A DNA stretch of 64,000 nt from an uncultured Desulfosarcina sp. (GTDB taxonomy: Bacteria; Desulfobacterota; Desulfobacteria; Desulfobacterales; Desulfosarcinaceae), in NCBI GenBank assembly GCA_963674945.2, contig CAXXWQ010000004.1:2176001-2240000 (forward strand). The letters are read 5' to 3'. Position 1 is the stretch's first letter; every line of letters starts with the position of its first letter. The notes beneath the pieces are model-generated. The model did no database searches, had not been told where the DNA came from, and was given only the letters and a program-made list of their open reading frames with translations. Shown here in pieces: positions 10,520-21,397 of this stretch. Both the position numbers and the translations under genes were made by a program.

Positions 10520-10575
10520 GGCGCCTTCTCCTTTTATCGTCTATCCATTCAAAACCGCTGGAAGGGTCGAAATTT

Positions 10576-11286
10576 TCAGTCCCGAAACACAAGTTTCCCA
10601 CCGTACCAGCCGGCAGTCGCCGCAGCTGTCAGCATGATAAGGTTGATCACGAAAAAGGCAACTCGCAGGGGATGGGTGGTATGGATCACCTCCGGATTGA
10701 CGAGCAGCCAGATGAACAGAATCCAGGCGGTTGCGGTAACGACGATGCCACAGGCAATCTTTACTGTGAAGACCTGGGTCATGACGCCATTGAACCGATT
10801 TTGCCAATCCACCCATCCGGAGAAGAGGACCAGCGGCATGGCAAGTGCCACCACTCCCATGTTGTACGCCGCCGCCGTTGCCATGCCCTCAATGGTGAAC
10901 ACGGCGGACAGGAAAATGAACAAGATGGTCACGGGCAAAAGGCCGTTGGGAATATGAACGGTAATGGGGTGCCCATGGAATCTGGTCATCATTTCGAACA
11001 GTTGCCGGTAACGTGAATCGGCAAAGGGTGAAACCGTTTTGGTGGTTTCCTCGGGTTCAGCAGCCGTTTCGGGTGTCTCGGATTCAGCAGAACCACTGGA
11101 AGCGGTGGATTCCAGAGGATCGGAGGAAGGTTGTTCCTCTGGATCCGGCTCGGGTTTCGGTGTCTCGGTTCCCTGTTCGCTGATTTCGATGAATCGACTC
11201 CGGGGCGCGCCGCAAACCGGGCATTTTTCAGGGGGCTCATCTCCAGTGTGAATATAACCACATACGGTACATTTCCATTTTTTCAT
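10576..11286 (-). CDS. Rubredoxin-like domain + acidic linker + 4-TM DUF2231-like membrane domain
   Basis: '[10 protein letters not shown]...CPVCG'; 'HPITVHIP' and 'GWYGGKLVF' membrane motifs. Confidence 0.8.
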   Translation of the reverse strand: MKKWKCTVCGYIHTGDEPPEKCPVCGAPRSRFIEISEQGTETPKPEPDPEEQPSSDPLESTASSGSAESETPETAAEPEETTKTVSPFADSRYRQLFEMMTRFHGHPITVHIPNGLLPVTILFIFLSAVFTIEGMATAAAYNMGVVALAMPLVLFSGWVDWQNRFNGVMTQVFTVKIACGIVVTATAWILFIWLLVNPEVIHTTHPLRVAFFVINLIMLTAAATAGWYGGKLVFRD

Positions 11287-11373
11287 TGTTCTTTATCGTG
11301 CCTCGTTGGTTGATGTAGATGATTTGTAAGTAATTCAATTCCAGTTGTTGCTTCCGAAGACGGGCCTTTTTGA

Positions 11374-12552
11374 TTATCGGTCATCCATTGGAACGAATGC
11401 ACATTCGTCCGGACCGCAGTAATCCCCCACATAATCCGATTCGGGCCGGTACAAGGTAGGCTTGGCGGCCGCCCCGCCGAACTGTTCTTCGATCACGTGC
11501 GCCACCCAACCGGCGATGCGGGAAATGGCGAATATGGGTGTAAACAAATCCACTGCGATTCCCATATAATAGTAAAGGCTTGCACTGTAAAAGTCTACAT
11601 TGACAAAAATGTCCTTGCCTTTTCTCTCTTTAAATGCAGCCTTGCCTTTTGTCTCCAGTTCTCTGGATAGATCGTACCACCGGGTGTCGCCGGCCCGCTT
11701 TCCCAGTGCCTGGGACATTGGTGCGAGAATATGGGCACGTGGATCGTCCACCTGGTACACTGCGTGGCCCAACCCCATGATCACGCCGCCGGAATCCAGG
11801 ATGTTGGTAATGTATTCGTCCACTTTGTCAACCGCCCCGATTTCCAAAAGCATCCGCATCACCCGTGTATTTGCCCCGCCATGAAGGGGGCCGGAGAGGG
11901 AGCCGACACCGGCTGCCACCGCTGCATACATATGCGCCTTTGTAGACGCGACCTCCCGGGCGGCGAAGGTGGATGCGTTAAACGAGTGTTCCGCATGGAG
12001 CACCAGGCAAGTATCGAAATAGCCGGCCATTTCATCGTCGGGGATTTCCCCGTTGAGCATGTAGAGAAAATTGGCAGCCTGTCCCAAGGTTGGATCCGGC
12101 GCGATGGGTGCTTTGCCATTTCTGATCCGATCCCATGCCGCAACGACGGTGGGAAACTTGGCGATGAGGCGAATGGCCATGCGGACGGCGCTTTCCATTT
12201 GGGTATCGCCGAGGTCCGGGTCGTAGTTTGCCATCATGGGAACGGTGGCCTGGAGCACGTCCATGGGCAGGGATTCTTTTGGCATGGTTTTCATTGCCGA
12301 CAGGATTTCTTCGGGCAAGGCCCGCTGCTGAGCCATCTGCTCGGTAAAATCGGCAAGCTCTTTACGTCCCGGCAGTCGTTCGAACAAAAGCAGGAAGACC
12401 ACTTCCTCGAATGTCGTTTTTCCGGCGAGATCCTTGACGAGGTATCCTCGATAGACCAATTTTCCTTCGGCGCCATTGACATCGCTGATTTTCGTACTTG
12501 CAATGGTTATACCCCGCAAGCCGGTGTTGATCGTCGGTTTACACGTTTCCAT
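11374..12552 (-). CDS. Citrate synthase / 2-methylcitrate synthase
   Basis: 'HAEHSFNAST', 'GPLHGGAN', 'MGLGHAVY', 'NVDFYS'. Confidence 0.92.
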   Translation of the reverse strand: METCKPTINTGLRGITIASTKISDVNGAEGKLVYRGYLVKDLAGKTTFEEVVFLLLFERLPGRKELADFTEQMAQQRALPEEILSAMKTMPKESLPMDVLQATVPMMANYDPDLGDTQMESAVRMAIRLIAKFPTVVAAWDRIRNGKAPIAPDPTLGQAANFLYMLNGEIPDDEMAGYFDTCLVLHAEHSFNASTFAAREVASTKAHMYAAVAAGVGSLSGPLHGGANTRVMRMLLEIGAVDKVDEYITNILDSGGVIMGLGHAVYQVDDPRAHILAPMSQALGKRAGDTRWYDLSRELETKGKAAFKERKGKDIFVNVDFYSASLYYYMGIAVDLFTPIFAISRIAGWVAHVIEEQFGGAAAKPTLYRPESDYVGDYCGPDECAFVPMDDR

Positions 12553-12627
12553 GACTCACCTCTTTGTTATCGTAAGGTAAAGAAAGATTGTTTCGGCGTG
12601 TCGCGTCAGGCCCTATGAGGCATCGAA

Positions 12628-12643
12628 TACAAATTATGTGCCA
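12628..12643 (-). promoter_or_regulatory. Possible sigma54 promoter of citrate synthase
   Basis: TGGCACATAATTTGTA: strong -24 box and 10-nt spacing, but GT instead of GC at -12. Confidence 0.4.
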
Positions 12644-12844
12644 TTTTCAGGGTCATCGTGAAGGAGCTTCTGTACCGCTCTCGCTGGCAGGTTCGGATTG
12701 GATGCGCGAGGCCACTCGACCGGATGTCGATCCACAGTCTTGTCTCATATTTTTTTTGTGATACAGGAGTGTATCACAATACAAAATGCTGGAATAAAAG
12801 GAGCTTACGATTCGTTACCAGGAGGCGAATAAAAACGACGACAT

Positions 12845-13282
12845 CTAACTGGCTTCTTTTCGGCCATCACGTTGATTGGCGCATTGTGGACACAGACCGG
12901 TGAATTCCAGATTGTGGCCGATGATTTCGAAAACCGTTGTTCCGTAAAGGTCATCTTCCAGTTCATTCAATGGTGCGATGGGAGCGTCGTCGACACGGCC
13001 ACAGTGAACGCAACGGATATGGTAATGCTTCTTGGCGATACCGTCGTAGCGCTTCATGGAACCGGAAAGTTCCAGTCGCTGGATTTCGCCCATTTCGCAA
13101 AGAACATCAAGGTTTCGATAAACCGTGCCCAAACTGATTCGAGGCAACCGTTTCCGCACCCGTTCGTAAATTTCATCGGCTGCCGGATGGCTGCTGACTT
13201 TCCGTATTTCCTCCAGAATCACTCTCCGCTGCCGAGTCATCCGCGTTTTCTTTTCCAGTTCCACGCCTTCTACTCTCCACAA
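12845..13282 (-). CDS. Fur/PerR family transcriptional repressor
   Basis: 'TRQRRVIL', 'HPAADEIY', 'SLGTVYRNL', 'HYHIRCVHCG', 'CPQC'. Confidence 0.9.
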   Translation of the reverse strand: MWRVEGVELEKKTRMTRQRRVILEEIRKVSSHPAADEIYERVRKRLPRISLGTVYRNLDVLCEMGEIQRLELSGSMKRYDGIAKKHYHIRCVHCGRVDDAPIAPLNELEDDLYGTTVFEIIGHNLEFTGLCPQCANQRDGRKEAS

Positions 13283-13657
13283 AACCAGTTTGCTCTTTTC
13301 CTAAAATGAAATCGGGTATATGTCAAGGGAAAGCGCTGTCCCATTTCAGAGGGACATCATTTGGGCCGCATTTTTTTCGGAAATGAGGCGCACCTTCCCA
13401 AGAGAAGAAAGCACAATGGCAACTTGCAGATCCGGATAAATCGTGTCAAAATAATCATCTTAGATCAACGGTTCCCAGAACTCCTTGCGCCTTTCGGAAT
13501 TTTTTTCGTCCGGTATAAATATTGCTCAATGAAACCCAGTCGGTGCCCTCACATGGCAAAGACGCCAAGGCAACGACAATCCCATAAAAAACCTGATCAT
13601 ACAGGCCGATCGTTTCATAGCTTCGCACCGATCGTATATCGCAACAAAGGGCAATTG

Positions 13658-15001
13658 ATGAATAGCTTGCACCTGAAAAAAGGATTTTCCCTAAAAATCA
13701 CGGGCGCTCCGATTCGGCAGGTAAGCCAATTGAAAGCGCCCTCCCATGTGGGCATGCTTCCCGTGCGCATTCCGTTTATCAAACCCCGGATGCTGGTGGA
13801 ATTGGGGGATACGGTAGCCATCGGCACTCCGCTGTTCGAAGACAAGCGAAATCCGCGTATCCGGTTTCTATCACCGGGAGGCGGTCGCATCTCCGATATC
13901 GTCTTCGGTCCGCGACGGGTCATCGAGAAGGTCATCATCCAATTGGATGCAACGGAGCGCCGGGAAACCTTCGATTCCCCTTCCGTGGAAAAACTCGGTG
14001 CCACCGATCGTCATACCCTGGTAGAAATGCTTCTCACAGGGGGTATGTGGCCGTTTCTAAGGGCGCTTCCCTTCCTGGACATGGCCGATCCCGAAGTCAT
14101 TCCACCCGCTATCATCGTTCGCCTCGGCGACGATGAACCCTTCGGCCCCGATCCGACGGTTTACCTGAACGAAAAGGAGGCGATGTTCGAAATCGGCATG
14201 CGTGTGATAGAAAGATTGTGTGATCATGTGATGGTCCACATCCTGGGTAACGACGCGATCCATGCCCTTTTGCCCGACCGGATCGAGGTGCGGCAATTTT
14301 CCGGTCCCTACCCGGCGGGAAACCCCGGCGTTCAGCTGTACTGGACCAAGAAAGGACCGGACCAGAACCGAAGCTGGTTCATCGATGGCCAGGATGTGGT
14401 CCGTATTGGGGAATTTTTCGATTCCGGCCACTATCCCATCGAGCGGATTGTGTCGGTCGGGGGCAGTCTCGCCCCCGATACCGGGCATCTGTCCACCCGG
14501 GCCGGCGTGCCCCTGATCCACCTCATGGGTGAAAACAAAACCCTTGCGCCAACGGTCCGGACCATTGTCGGCGGGATTTTCACCGGTTTTCACAGTGATG
14601 CCAATGGATTCATGGGGTTTTTCGAAGATGCATTGAACCTTATCGATGACGGGGATCGGGAGGAGCCATTCGGTTTTATCCGATTGGGGTACAATAAACC
14701 CAGTTACTCCACCGCCTTTCTTTCGTCCTTTCGGCGAAAACCCTTTCCCATGGATTGTGGACAGCATGGCGAGGTGAGGGCCTGCGTCAACTGCGGTACG
14801 TGTGCCAACATCTGCCCGGTGGAGATCTTGCCCCAGTTCACCATGAAGTGTCTTATGGCTGATGAGGTGGAAGAGGCCCTGGCCCACGGCCTGTTGGACT
14901 GTGCCGAATGCGGGCTGTGCACCTATGCCTGCCCGTCAAAAATAGAGCTGACCCAGTTGTTTAAAATTGCCAAGGCACAGTATTATAAGGAGATTGCGTA
15001 A
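13658..15001 (+). CDS. nqrA: Na+-translocating NADH:quinone reductase subunit A with C-terminal 2x[4Fe-4S] motifs
   Basis: 'LKKGFSLKITGAP', 'PLFEDK', 'GPYPAGN'; first gene of an nqrA-F run. Confidence 0.88.
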   Translation: MNSLHLKKGFSLKITGAPIRQVSQLKAPSHVGMLPVRIPFIKPRMLVELGDTVAIGTPLFEDKRNPRIRFLSPGGGRISDIVFGPRRVIEKVIIQLDATERRETFDSPSVEKLGATDRHTLVEMLLTGGMWPFLRALPFLDMADPEVIPPAIIVRLGDDEPFGPDPTVYLNEKEAMFEIGMRVIERLCDHVMVHILGNDAIHALLPDRIEVRQFSGPYPAGNPGVQLYWTKKGPDQNRSWFIDGQDVVRIGEFFDSGHYPIERIVSVGGSLAPDTGHLSTRAGVPLIHLMGENKTLAPTVRTIVGGIFTGFHSDANGFMGFFEDALNLIDDGDREEPFGFIRLGYNKPSYSTAFLSSFRRKPFPMDCGQHGEVRACVNCGTCANICPVEILPQFTMKCLMADEVEEALAHGLLDCAECGLCTYACPSKIELTQLFKIAKAQYYKEIA

Positions 15002-15079
15002 GAATCAAGTGTATCACGTTCGTGTTTTTATCTTCAATAAGACGTGATGAATTTATAAGAATGCAGGTAGAACTCCACT

Positions 15080-16276
15080 ATGGTAAATTCCCTGAAACGA
15101 ATCTTCGATTCCACCCGGTCCCACTTTGAATCCGGGGGGAAACTGAAACGACTCCATCCCCTTTTCGACGCCATCGAAACGGTGGCCTTCGCCCCGGCAC
15201 TGCCCACAAAGGCCGATGCCCACGTGCGGGACAGCCTGGATTTGAAACGGTTCATGACCTTTGTCATCATATCCCTGCTTCCCCCGTTTTTCTACGGAAT
15301 CTACAACACCGGATACCAGACGCAGCTGTCGTCGGGCCTCGATATGGGATGGCTCTCCGTATGGCTTCGGGGGGCGGATATCGTTTTTCCCATGCTGATG
15401 GTCTCCTATGCCGTTGGTTTGTTCTGGGAGATCCTTTTCGCATCGGTCCGTGGTCACAAAATCAGCGAGGGCTTTTTGGTGACCGGCCTGCTTTTTCCCA
15501 TGACACTGCCACCGACGATCCCCCTCTGGCAGGTGGCCGTGGGCATCTCCTTCGGCGTGGTGATCGGCAAGGAAATTTTCGGAGGAACGGGCAGGAATAT
15601 TCTCAATCCGGCGCTAACGGCCAGGGCCTTTCTCTTTTTTGCCTATCCGGCCAACATGTCCGGCGATCGTGTCTGGACGGCGGTCATTGAAAAGGGCCAA
15701 AATGCCCTGGACGCCGTAACCGGCGCCACGCCGCTGGCCCTGGCCCCTCTGGCCGCGTCCGGAGAATCGGTGACCCGGATCCTCACCGATGCCGGCTACA
15801 CCTTCCAGCGGCTGTTCATGGGAAACATGGCGGGAAGTGTGGGTGAGACGTCGGCACTGATGATCCTCATCGGCGCCGGTTTTTTGGTTATCACCGGCGT
15901 GGCAAATTATCGCATCATGGCAGGCGGCGTTCTGGGCGTCCTGGCGGTGGCCTACCCGGGCTACCTGATCCATATCTATTCGGGCGGCGAGGCGGCGCGG
16001 ATGTTCTCCGTGCATCCGGTCTGGCATCTGGTCATGGGCAGTTTTGCATTCGGTATCGTCTACATGGCAACGGATCCGGTGTCGGGTCCGGGTATGAACT
16101 TTTCTAGGTGGATCTATGGATTTCTCATCGGCGCGTTGACCGTCGCCATACGGGTGTTCAACCCGGCCTATCCGGAAGGCGTGATGCTGGCCATCTTGTT
16201 CATGAACCTGTTTGCCCCCCTGATCGACCACTTCGTCATCAAAACGCGGCTTAAAAAAAGGATTCCCAATGTCTGA
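15080..16276 (+). CDS. nqrB: Na+-NQR subunit B
   Basis: 'HVRDSLDLKR', 'KEIFGGTGRN', FMN-Thr motif 'TGATPL', 'MATDPVS'. Confidence 0.93.
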   Translation: MVNSLKRIFDSTRSHFESGGKLKRLHPLFDAIETVAFAPALPTKADAHVRDSLDLKRFMTFVIISLLPPFFYGIYNTGYQTQLSSGLDMGWLSVWLRGADIVFPMLMVSYAVGLFWEILFASVRGHKISEGFLVTGLLFPMTLPPTIPLWQVAVGISFGVVIGKEIFGGTGRNILNPALTARAFLFFAYPANMSGDRVWTAVIEKGQNALDAVTGATPLALAPLAASGESVTRILTDAGYTFQRLFMGNMAGSVGETSALMILIGAGFLVITGVANYRIMAGGVLGVLAVAYPGYLIHIYSGGEAARMFSVHPVWHLVMGSFAFGIVYMATDPVSGPGMNFSRWIYGFLIGALTVAIRVFNPAYPEGVMLAILFMNLFAPLIDHFVIKTRLKKRIPNV

Positions 16277-16994
16277 CCCAATGTCTGGTAAGATCAAATC
16301 CATTTCCTTTACCGCCGCGGTCGCCCTGGTGTGCAGTCTTTTGCTCACCGGTGCGGCATCGGGGCTGAAGGATCGAAAATTGCGCAATGTAGCCGTGGAT
16401 CGGCAGAAAAACATATTGAAGTCCGTTGGCCTGATCAACCCATTACAAAAGCCGGATGCGGCGACAATCGAACGCCTCTACGATGAAAATATCCGCTGCT
16501 ACGGCGTCGATGGCAACGGTGCCATCGTTTCCAAAGATTCCGATGGAAAACAGGCAAAACCGGTCTGCTTCTATGTTGCAGACGGAAAACCCGCGGCTTA
16601 TATCCTCCCCGTGGATTCCCGCGGCCTGTGGGGACGGATTCACGGTTACATGGCCATTGAAAACGACGGCAAGACGGTGGCCGGATTTTCTGTATACAGC
16701 CACAACGAGACGCCGGGGCTGGGAGGAGAGATCGAAAAACCCTGGTTTCAGAAAAACTTCGTTGGCAAACGGATCGTGGACGGAAATGGCAATTTCGCCT
16801 CCGTCGGCATCGCCAAGGGAAAGGTGGCCGAAGTCATCCCAGCGGATCGACAGGCCAATTATGTAGACGGCATCAGCGGTGCCTCCCTCACCGGCAAGTT
16901 CCTCACCGGCGGCCTGGAGAAGGTATTGAGCAGGTACGAACCCCTTTCCAAACGATTCAGGGGTGGTTCGGTTGCCCTTCCCCAAGGCGGTTGA
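16269..16994 (+). CDS. nqrC: Na+-NQR subunit C
   Basis: 'GLWGRI', 'ETPGLGGEI', 'VDGISGAS'. Confidence 0.9.
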   Translation: MSDPMSGKIKSISFTAAVALVCSLLLTGAASGLKDRKLRNVAVDRQKNILKSVGLINPLQKPDAATIERLYDENIRCYGVDGNGAIVSKDSDGKQAKPVCFYVADGKPAAYILPVDSRGLWGRIHGYMAIENDGKTVAGFSVYSHNETPGLGGEIEKPWFQKNFVGKRIVDGNGNFASVGIAKGKVAEVIPADRQANYVDGISGASLTGKFLTGGLEKVLSRYEPLSKRFRGGSVALPQGG

Positions 16995-17035
16995 AATAAA
17001 CAAAACAACATCCATCATGAGGTAATGGTGCTGTC

Positions 17036-17653
17036 ATGAAAATAACCCAATCGCCTTCATTCAGGGCCTTTTCCGAACCATTGGCAAAGAACAACCCGGT
17101 GTTCATCCAGAGTCTGGGCATCTGCTCGGCGCTGGCCGTCACCGTCCAGTTGAAGACGGCCATCGTCATGGCGCTGGCCATGACCTCCGTTACCGCCCTT
17201 TCCAGCCTGATCATTTCGACCATGCGTCACGCCATTCCCCGGAACGTGCGTATGATCGTCGAGCTGTCGGTCATCGCATCCCTGGTGATCCTGGCGGATG
17301 AACTGCTCCGGGCCTTCTTCTACGACATCAGCAAGCAGCTTTCTGTTTTCGTGGGTCTGATCATCACCAACTGCATCGTCATGGGGCGGGCTGAGACCTA
17401 CGCACTGGGCAATCCGCCCATCCAATCTTTCATGGATGGGTTGGGAAACGGCGCCGGATACGGGTTGGTCCTGGTGACCGTGGCACTGATCCGTGAACTG
17501 TTTGGCACCGGCAAGCTGCTTGGATTTCCCGTGATACCCCACTTTTTCTACGATTTAGGTTACATGAACATGGGCTTCATGCAATTGGCGCCGGCGGCGT
17601 TCATCATCATCGGGCTGCTGGTGTGGCTGCAGAAAAGCTTGATGAAAGGGTAA
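17036..17653 (+). CDS. nqrD: Na+-NQR subunit D
   Basis: '[10 protein letters not shown]', '[19 protein letters not shown]'. Confidence 0.93.
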   Translation: MKITQSPSFRAFSEPLAKNNPVFIQSLGICSALAVTVQLKTAIVMALAMTSVTALSSLIISTMRHAIPRNVRMIVELSVIASLVILADELLRAFFYDISKQLSVFVGLIITNCIVMGRAETYALGNPPIQSFMDGLGNGAGYGLVLVTVALIRELFGTGKLLGFPVIPHFFYDLGYMNMGFMQLAPAAFIIIGLLVWLQKSLMKG

Positions 17654-17655
17654 TT

Positions 17656-18264
17656 ATGGAAAATCTGATCGGACTGTTTCTCCATTCGGTGTTTGTGGGC
17701 AACATCCTCCTTTCCTACTTTCTGGGGATGTGCTCATTTGTGGCGGTATCCAAGAACATGGACACGGCCATCGGGCTCGGCTTTGCCGTTGTGTTCGTCA
17801 TGTCCATCACAGCGCCGGTCAACTGGCTGGTGTTCAAATACCTTTTGTCTCCCGGCGCCCTGAGCTGGGCGGGCCTGTCGTCCATCGATTTGAGTTTTTT
17901 GAAATTAATCACCTTTATTGCCGTCATCGCCGCCATCGTTCAGATGGTGGAGATGGTGATCGATCGCTATTCACCGGGTCTGTACATGGCATTGGGCGTG
18001 TTTTTGCCGTTAATCACCGTCAACTGTGCCATTTTGGGTGCCTCCCTTTTCATGGTGGAACGAAACTACAGCTTCGTGGAAACCGTGGTCTTCGGTTTCG
18101 GATCCGGTGTGGGCTGGCTTCTGGCAATCATCTCCATGGCCGCCATTCGAATCAAGATGCGATATGCCAACGTGCCCAAAGGGCTGGAGGGATTCGGGAT
18201 CACCATGATCATGACCGGGCTTATGGCCATGGGTTTTATGCTTTTCTCGGGCATTACCCTGTAA
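17656..18264 (+). CDS. nqrE: Na+-NQR subunit E
   Basis: 'FLGMCSF', '[11 protein letters not shown]'. Confidence 0.93.
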   Translation: MENLIGLFLHSVFVGNILLSYFLGMCSFVAVSKNMDTAIGLGFAVVFVMSITAPVNWLVFKYLLSPGALSWAGLSSIDLSFLKLITFIAVIAAIVQMVEMVIDRYSPGLYMALGVFLPLITVNCAILGASLFMVERNYSFVETVVFGFGSGVGWLLAIISMAAIRIKMRYANVPKGLEGFGITMIMTGLMAMGFMLFSGITL

Positions 18265-18411
18265 CGGGAACCTCAGGAGTGTCTATCCAGAAATAGGAAA
18301 ATTTGGTCGAGATCGCGACGCGTGAAAAATTTTACCGGAGACATATGGTTGATATTTCGAGGATAAAATTTTCTGCGCAACAAAGATATCGGGCAAATTG
18401 GCCATTTCTGG

Positions 18412-19659
18412 ATGGGCACTAAGGAGAATGTCTTGATTTACATCGTAGGAACCACCGTTTTTCTGTCGGTGATCATGATTCTCGTGGGGCTTTTGCTCTT
18501 CGTGGAAAGCAAGGTGGTCCAGAAAGGAACCAACCGGGTCGTTATCAACAAAGATGAAGACAGGAGCATCGATGCTCCGGCGGGAAAGACCCTTCTGTCG
18601 GCCCTTTCCGCCAATGGGATCTTCATCCCTTCCGGGTGCGGCGGCGGCGGTGCCTGCGGCATGTGCAAGTGCAAGGTGGAAGAGGGCTCCCGGGGCGTAT
18701 TGCCCACAGAATTGGCCCACCTTTCCAGAAAAGAGAGGAAAGAGAACATTCGGCTGGCCTGTCAGTTGAAAGTCAAGGAAGACTTGTGGATTCGGATTCC
18801 GGAGGAGATCCTCTCCGTGAAAAAATACTCGGCCACGGTGGTTTCCAATGAAAACGTCGCCACTTTCATCAAGGATCTGATCCTGGAGCTGGATGACGAA
18901 GAACGCCTCGAATTTACCGCCGGCGCTTACATCCAGATCGACATTCCGGAGTACGAAATTCCCTTCGAACTATTCCGGGTCCGGGTGGCCGAGCGCTACC
19001 GGCCCGACTGGGACCGGTTCAACCTTTGGGGATTGAAGGGAAAAAACCTGGAGCCGGTGTTTCGGGCCTACTCCTTGGCAAATCCGCCGTCGGAACCCTC
19101 CCGGTTGCGCTTCACCATTCGTATTGCCACGCCGCCACCCGGTACCAAGGGATTGCCGCCCGGTACAGGCTCGACCTTCATCTTCAACCTGAAACCCGGC
19201 GACAAGGTCACCCTGAGCGGTCCCTTCGGCGAATTCGCCGTCAAGGACAGCCATCGGGAGATGTGTTTCGTGGGCGGTGGCGCCGGCATGGCCCCGTTGC
19301 GCAGCCAGATTATGGATCAACTGCTGCGGGTAAAGACCGATCGCATACTTTCCTTTTGGTATGGCGCCCGTTCCAAGCTCGAACTGTTCTTCGACGAGGA
19401 ATTCAAGGAACTGGCTGAAAAACACCCGAACTTTTCCTACCATGTGGCCCTTTCCGACCCGATGCCCGAGGACAACTGGGAGGGAATGACCGGCTACATC
19501 CATCAACGGTTGCACGACGAATACCTTTCCAAACACAAGGATCCCACCGAGATCGAGTACTATCTTTGCGGGCCGCCCATGATGGTCCAGTCCGTGGAGG
19601 ATATGCTGGACAACTTAGGGGTGGAGCCGGAAATGATTGCCTATGACAAATTTTCGTGA
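18412..19659 (+). CDS. nqrF: Na+-NQR subunit F (real start possibly TTG at 18433)
   Basis: 2Fe-2S 'CGGGGACGMC..RLAC', 'RAYSLAN', 'GGGAGMAP', 'YYLCGPP'. Confidence 0.93.
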   Translation: MGTKENVLIYIVGTTVFLSVIMILVGLLLFVESKVVQKGTNRVVINKDEDRSIDAPAGKTLLSALSANGIFIPSGCGGGGACGMCKCKVEEGSRGVLPTELAHLSRKERKENIRLACQLKVKEDLWIRIPEEILSVKKYSATVVSNENVATFIKDLILELDDEERLEFTAGAYIQIDIPEYEIPFELFRVRVAERYRPDWDRFNLWGLKGKNLEPVFRAYSLANPPSEPSRLRFTIRIATPPPGTKGLPPGTGSTFIFNLKPGDKVTLSGPFGEFAVKDSHREMCFVGGGAGMAPLRSQIMDQLLRVKTDRILSFWYGARSKLELFFDEEFKELAEKHPNFSYHVALSDPMPEDNWEGMTGYIHQRLHDEYLSKHKDPTEIEYYLCGPPMMVQSVEDMLDNLGVEPEMIAYDKFS

Positions 19660-19756
19660 TGGATGGTCGGAAATGCTTTCCAAGCAGTCATGGACTGCAT
19701 GGATCTGGCGCAAAAAGTAATCAAGGCATTCAGCCGATAACGGCAAATCACTTCGT

Positions 19757-21118
19757 TTATATCCTATCATAGGGAACAAACCCCTTTGGCGTTCTTTCGG
19801 TCAATGCGCCCTTGGCATGATGAAACGCGGGACTGTCGTATATCCTTTTCAACAGTTTCTCTTTGACCTCCGGTGACGCCAGGTGGGCAATCCCGACGGC
19901 ACGTTCTCCCATGCTCAACCCCCGGGGATCGAGAGCGCCGTTTTCGGTGACGATAACGACCGGGTCGGCGGCAATGGCCGTTGTGGTGATGCCTTCCGGA
20001 CACATGTCCACGATTTTCGAAACGCCCTTGGTCGTCTTGGATTTCAAGGCGATGATCGGAACGCCGCCTTCGGAGAGGTTGGCACCGCGGATGAAATCGC
20101 ATTGGCCGCCGACACCGCTGTAGATCTGTCTGGCCTTCATGGAGTCGGCCCAGATGTTCCCATGCAGATCCACGCCGATGGCGCCGTTAATGGAAACCAT
20201 GTTGGGCTGCTGCGCGATATTGAGAATGCCATTGGTGTAGTCCGAAGGCCGGCTCTGCACGGCGGAGTTGTAGTCAAACCAGTCGTATCCCTCCTGGCTG
20301 CTGGCCAGGAAGATTGAGGCGATGCTGAACTTGTTGCGGGTTTTCGTGTATCGGTTCGTAACCACGCCAGCCTCCACCAGTCGGCGCATGGCGTCGGCGA
20401 AAAGCTCCGTATGGATGCCCAGGCTCTTTACTCCCTTTTCCAAGATGGCGTCTGTCACCGCCTCGGGAACCTGCCCGATGCCGTATTGGATCGTGCACCG
20501 ATCCTTCACGAACAGGCCGGCGATGATCCGACCGATTTTTCGTGCCAGTTCATCGGGCGGCTGCACCGGACTTATGGGCAGCGAATAGTCGGAATCGATC
20601 AGATAGTCGATCCATTTGCCGGGAACCGTGTCGCCCATGACAAAGGGCATCCGGGCGTTTCTCTCCGCGAGGATCAGCCCACCTGCGGCCCGTACCGTTT
20701 CGATGGCAGCCATCACGCCTTCCATGGTGGTCCCCAGGCTGAAGTTACCGCCCTTGTCTGGCCCGGCAACGGTCAACATGGCTACGTTGGGCTTGAGATA
20801 GGCGCGCAGTTGCATGGGAATGTCGCCCAAATGCATGAGCTGATACTTGGCCCATCCCTGGTTGACGGCCTTTCGGGTGAGGTGGCTGTTGAAAATGACC
20901 CGGTGTGTAATTCGTTCACATGTCTCTTTTTCGAACAAATCCGCCACCTCCCCGAGATAGAGAACGCCCATCATCTCCACGTCCCGGATAGTGGGATCGG
21001 CTGCCAGTTGCCGAAAGAGCGTTTGGGGTGTGGCCGCGTTACCGGAGGCGTAGATTCGGCTTCCCGGCGGTAACAGGGTGCTGTTGACGATCTCTTCGAC
21101 GCTGTCTACGATCTTCAT
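19757..21118 (-). CDS. Acetyl-CoA hydrolase/CoA-transferase (4-hydroxybutyrate CoA-transferase-like)
   Basis: 'IQYGIGQVP', 'GIHTE', 'SGVGGQCDFIRGA', 'VTENG'. Confidence 0.85.
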   Translation of the reverse strand: MKIVDSVEEIVNSTLLPPGSRIYASGNAATPQTLFRQLAADPTIRDVEMMGVLYLGEVADLFEKETCERITHRVIFNSHLTRKAVNQGWAKYQLMHLGDIPMQLRAYLKPNVAMLTVAGPDKGGNFSLGTTMEGVMAAIETVRAAGGLILAERNARMPFVMGDTVPGKWIDYLIDSDYSLPISPVQPPDELARKIGRIIAGLFVKDRCTIQYGIGQVPEAVTDAILEKGVKSLGIHTELFADAMRRLVEAGVVTNRYTKTRNKFSIASIFLASSQEGYDWFDYNSAVQSRPSDYTNGILNIAQQPNMVSINGAIGVDLHGNIWADSMKARQIYSGVGGQCDFIRGANLSEGGVPIIALKSKTTKGVSKIVDMCPEGITTTAIAADPVVIVTENGALDPRGLSMGERAVGIAHLASPEVKEKLLKRIYDSPAFHHAKGALTERTPKGFVPYDRI

Positions 21119-21397
21119 GTTATCCTCGCCATTGATGGCTTTATAAAAAACTTTTCCAGGCCACATATGGCCAAAACACTTTTCATGGTAGAAAGAATTT
21201 TCCCCTTTGTACCAATGGCTTAAAAAAAGAAAAGCTTTTTATAAAAAATTTTCTTGCGTTGTATTTTCGTACCGAATTTTTTATGGTCGAAAGACCTTTC
21301 TCGTGCAATCGATTCCGTGTATTGTATGCTTTCAGTTTCAAGACAAAATGACGATAGATATGTAAACGGAAACCGATATCCACATCAAAGGAAGACT

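Noticed and set aside
18318..18340. Rex-like palindrome GTGAAAAATTTTAC before nqrF
   Set aside because: Flanking bases do not fit TTGTGAA-N4-TTCACAA; too weak without a PWM scan
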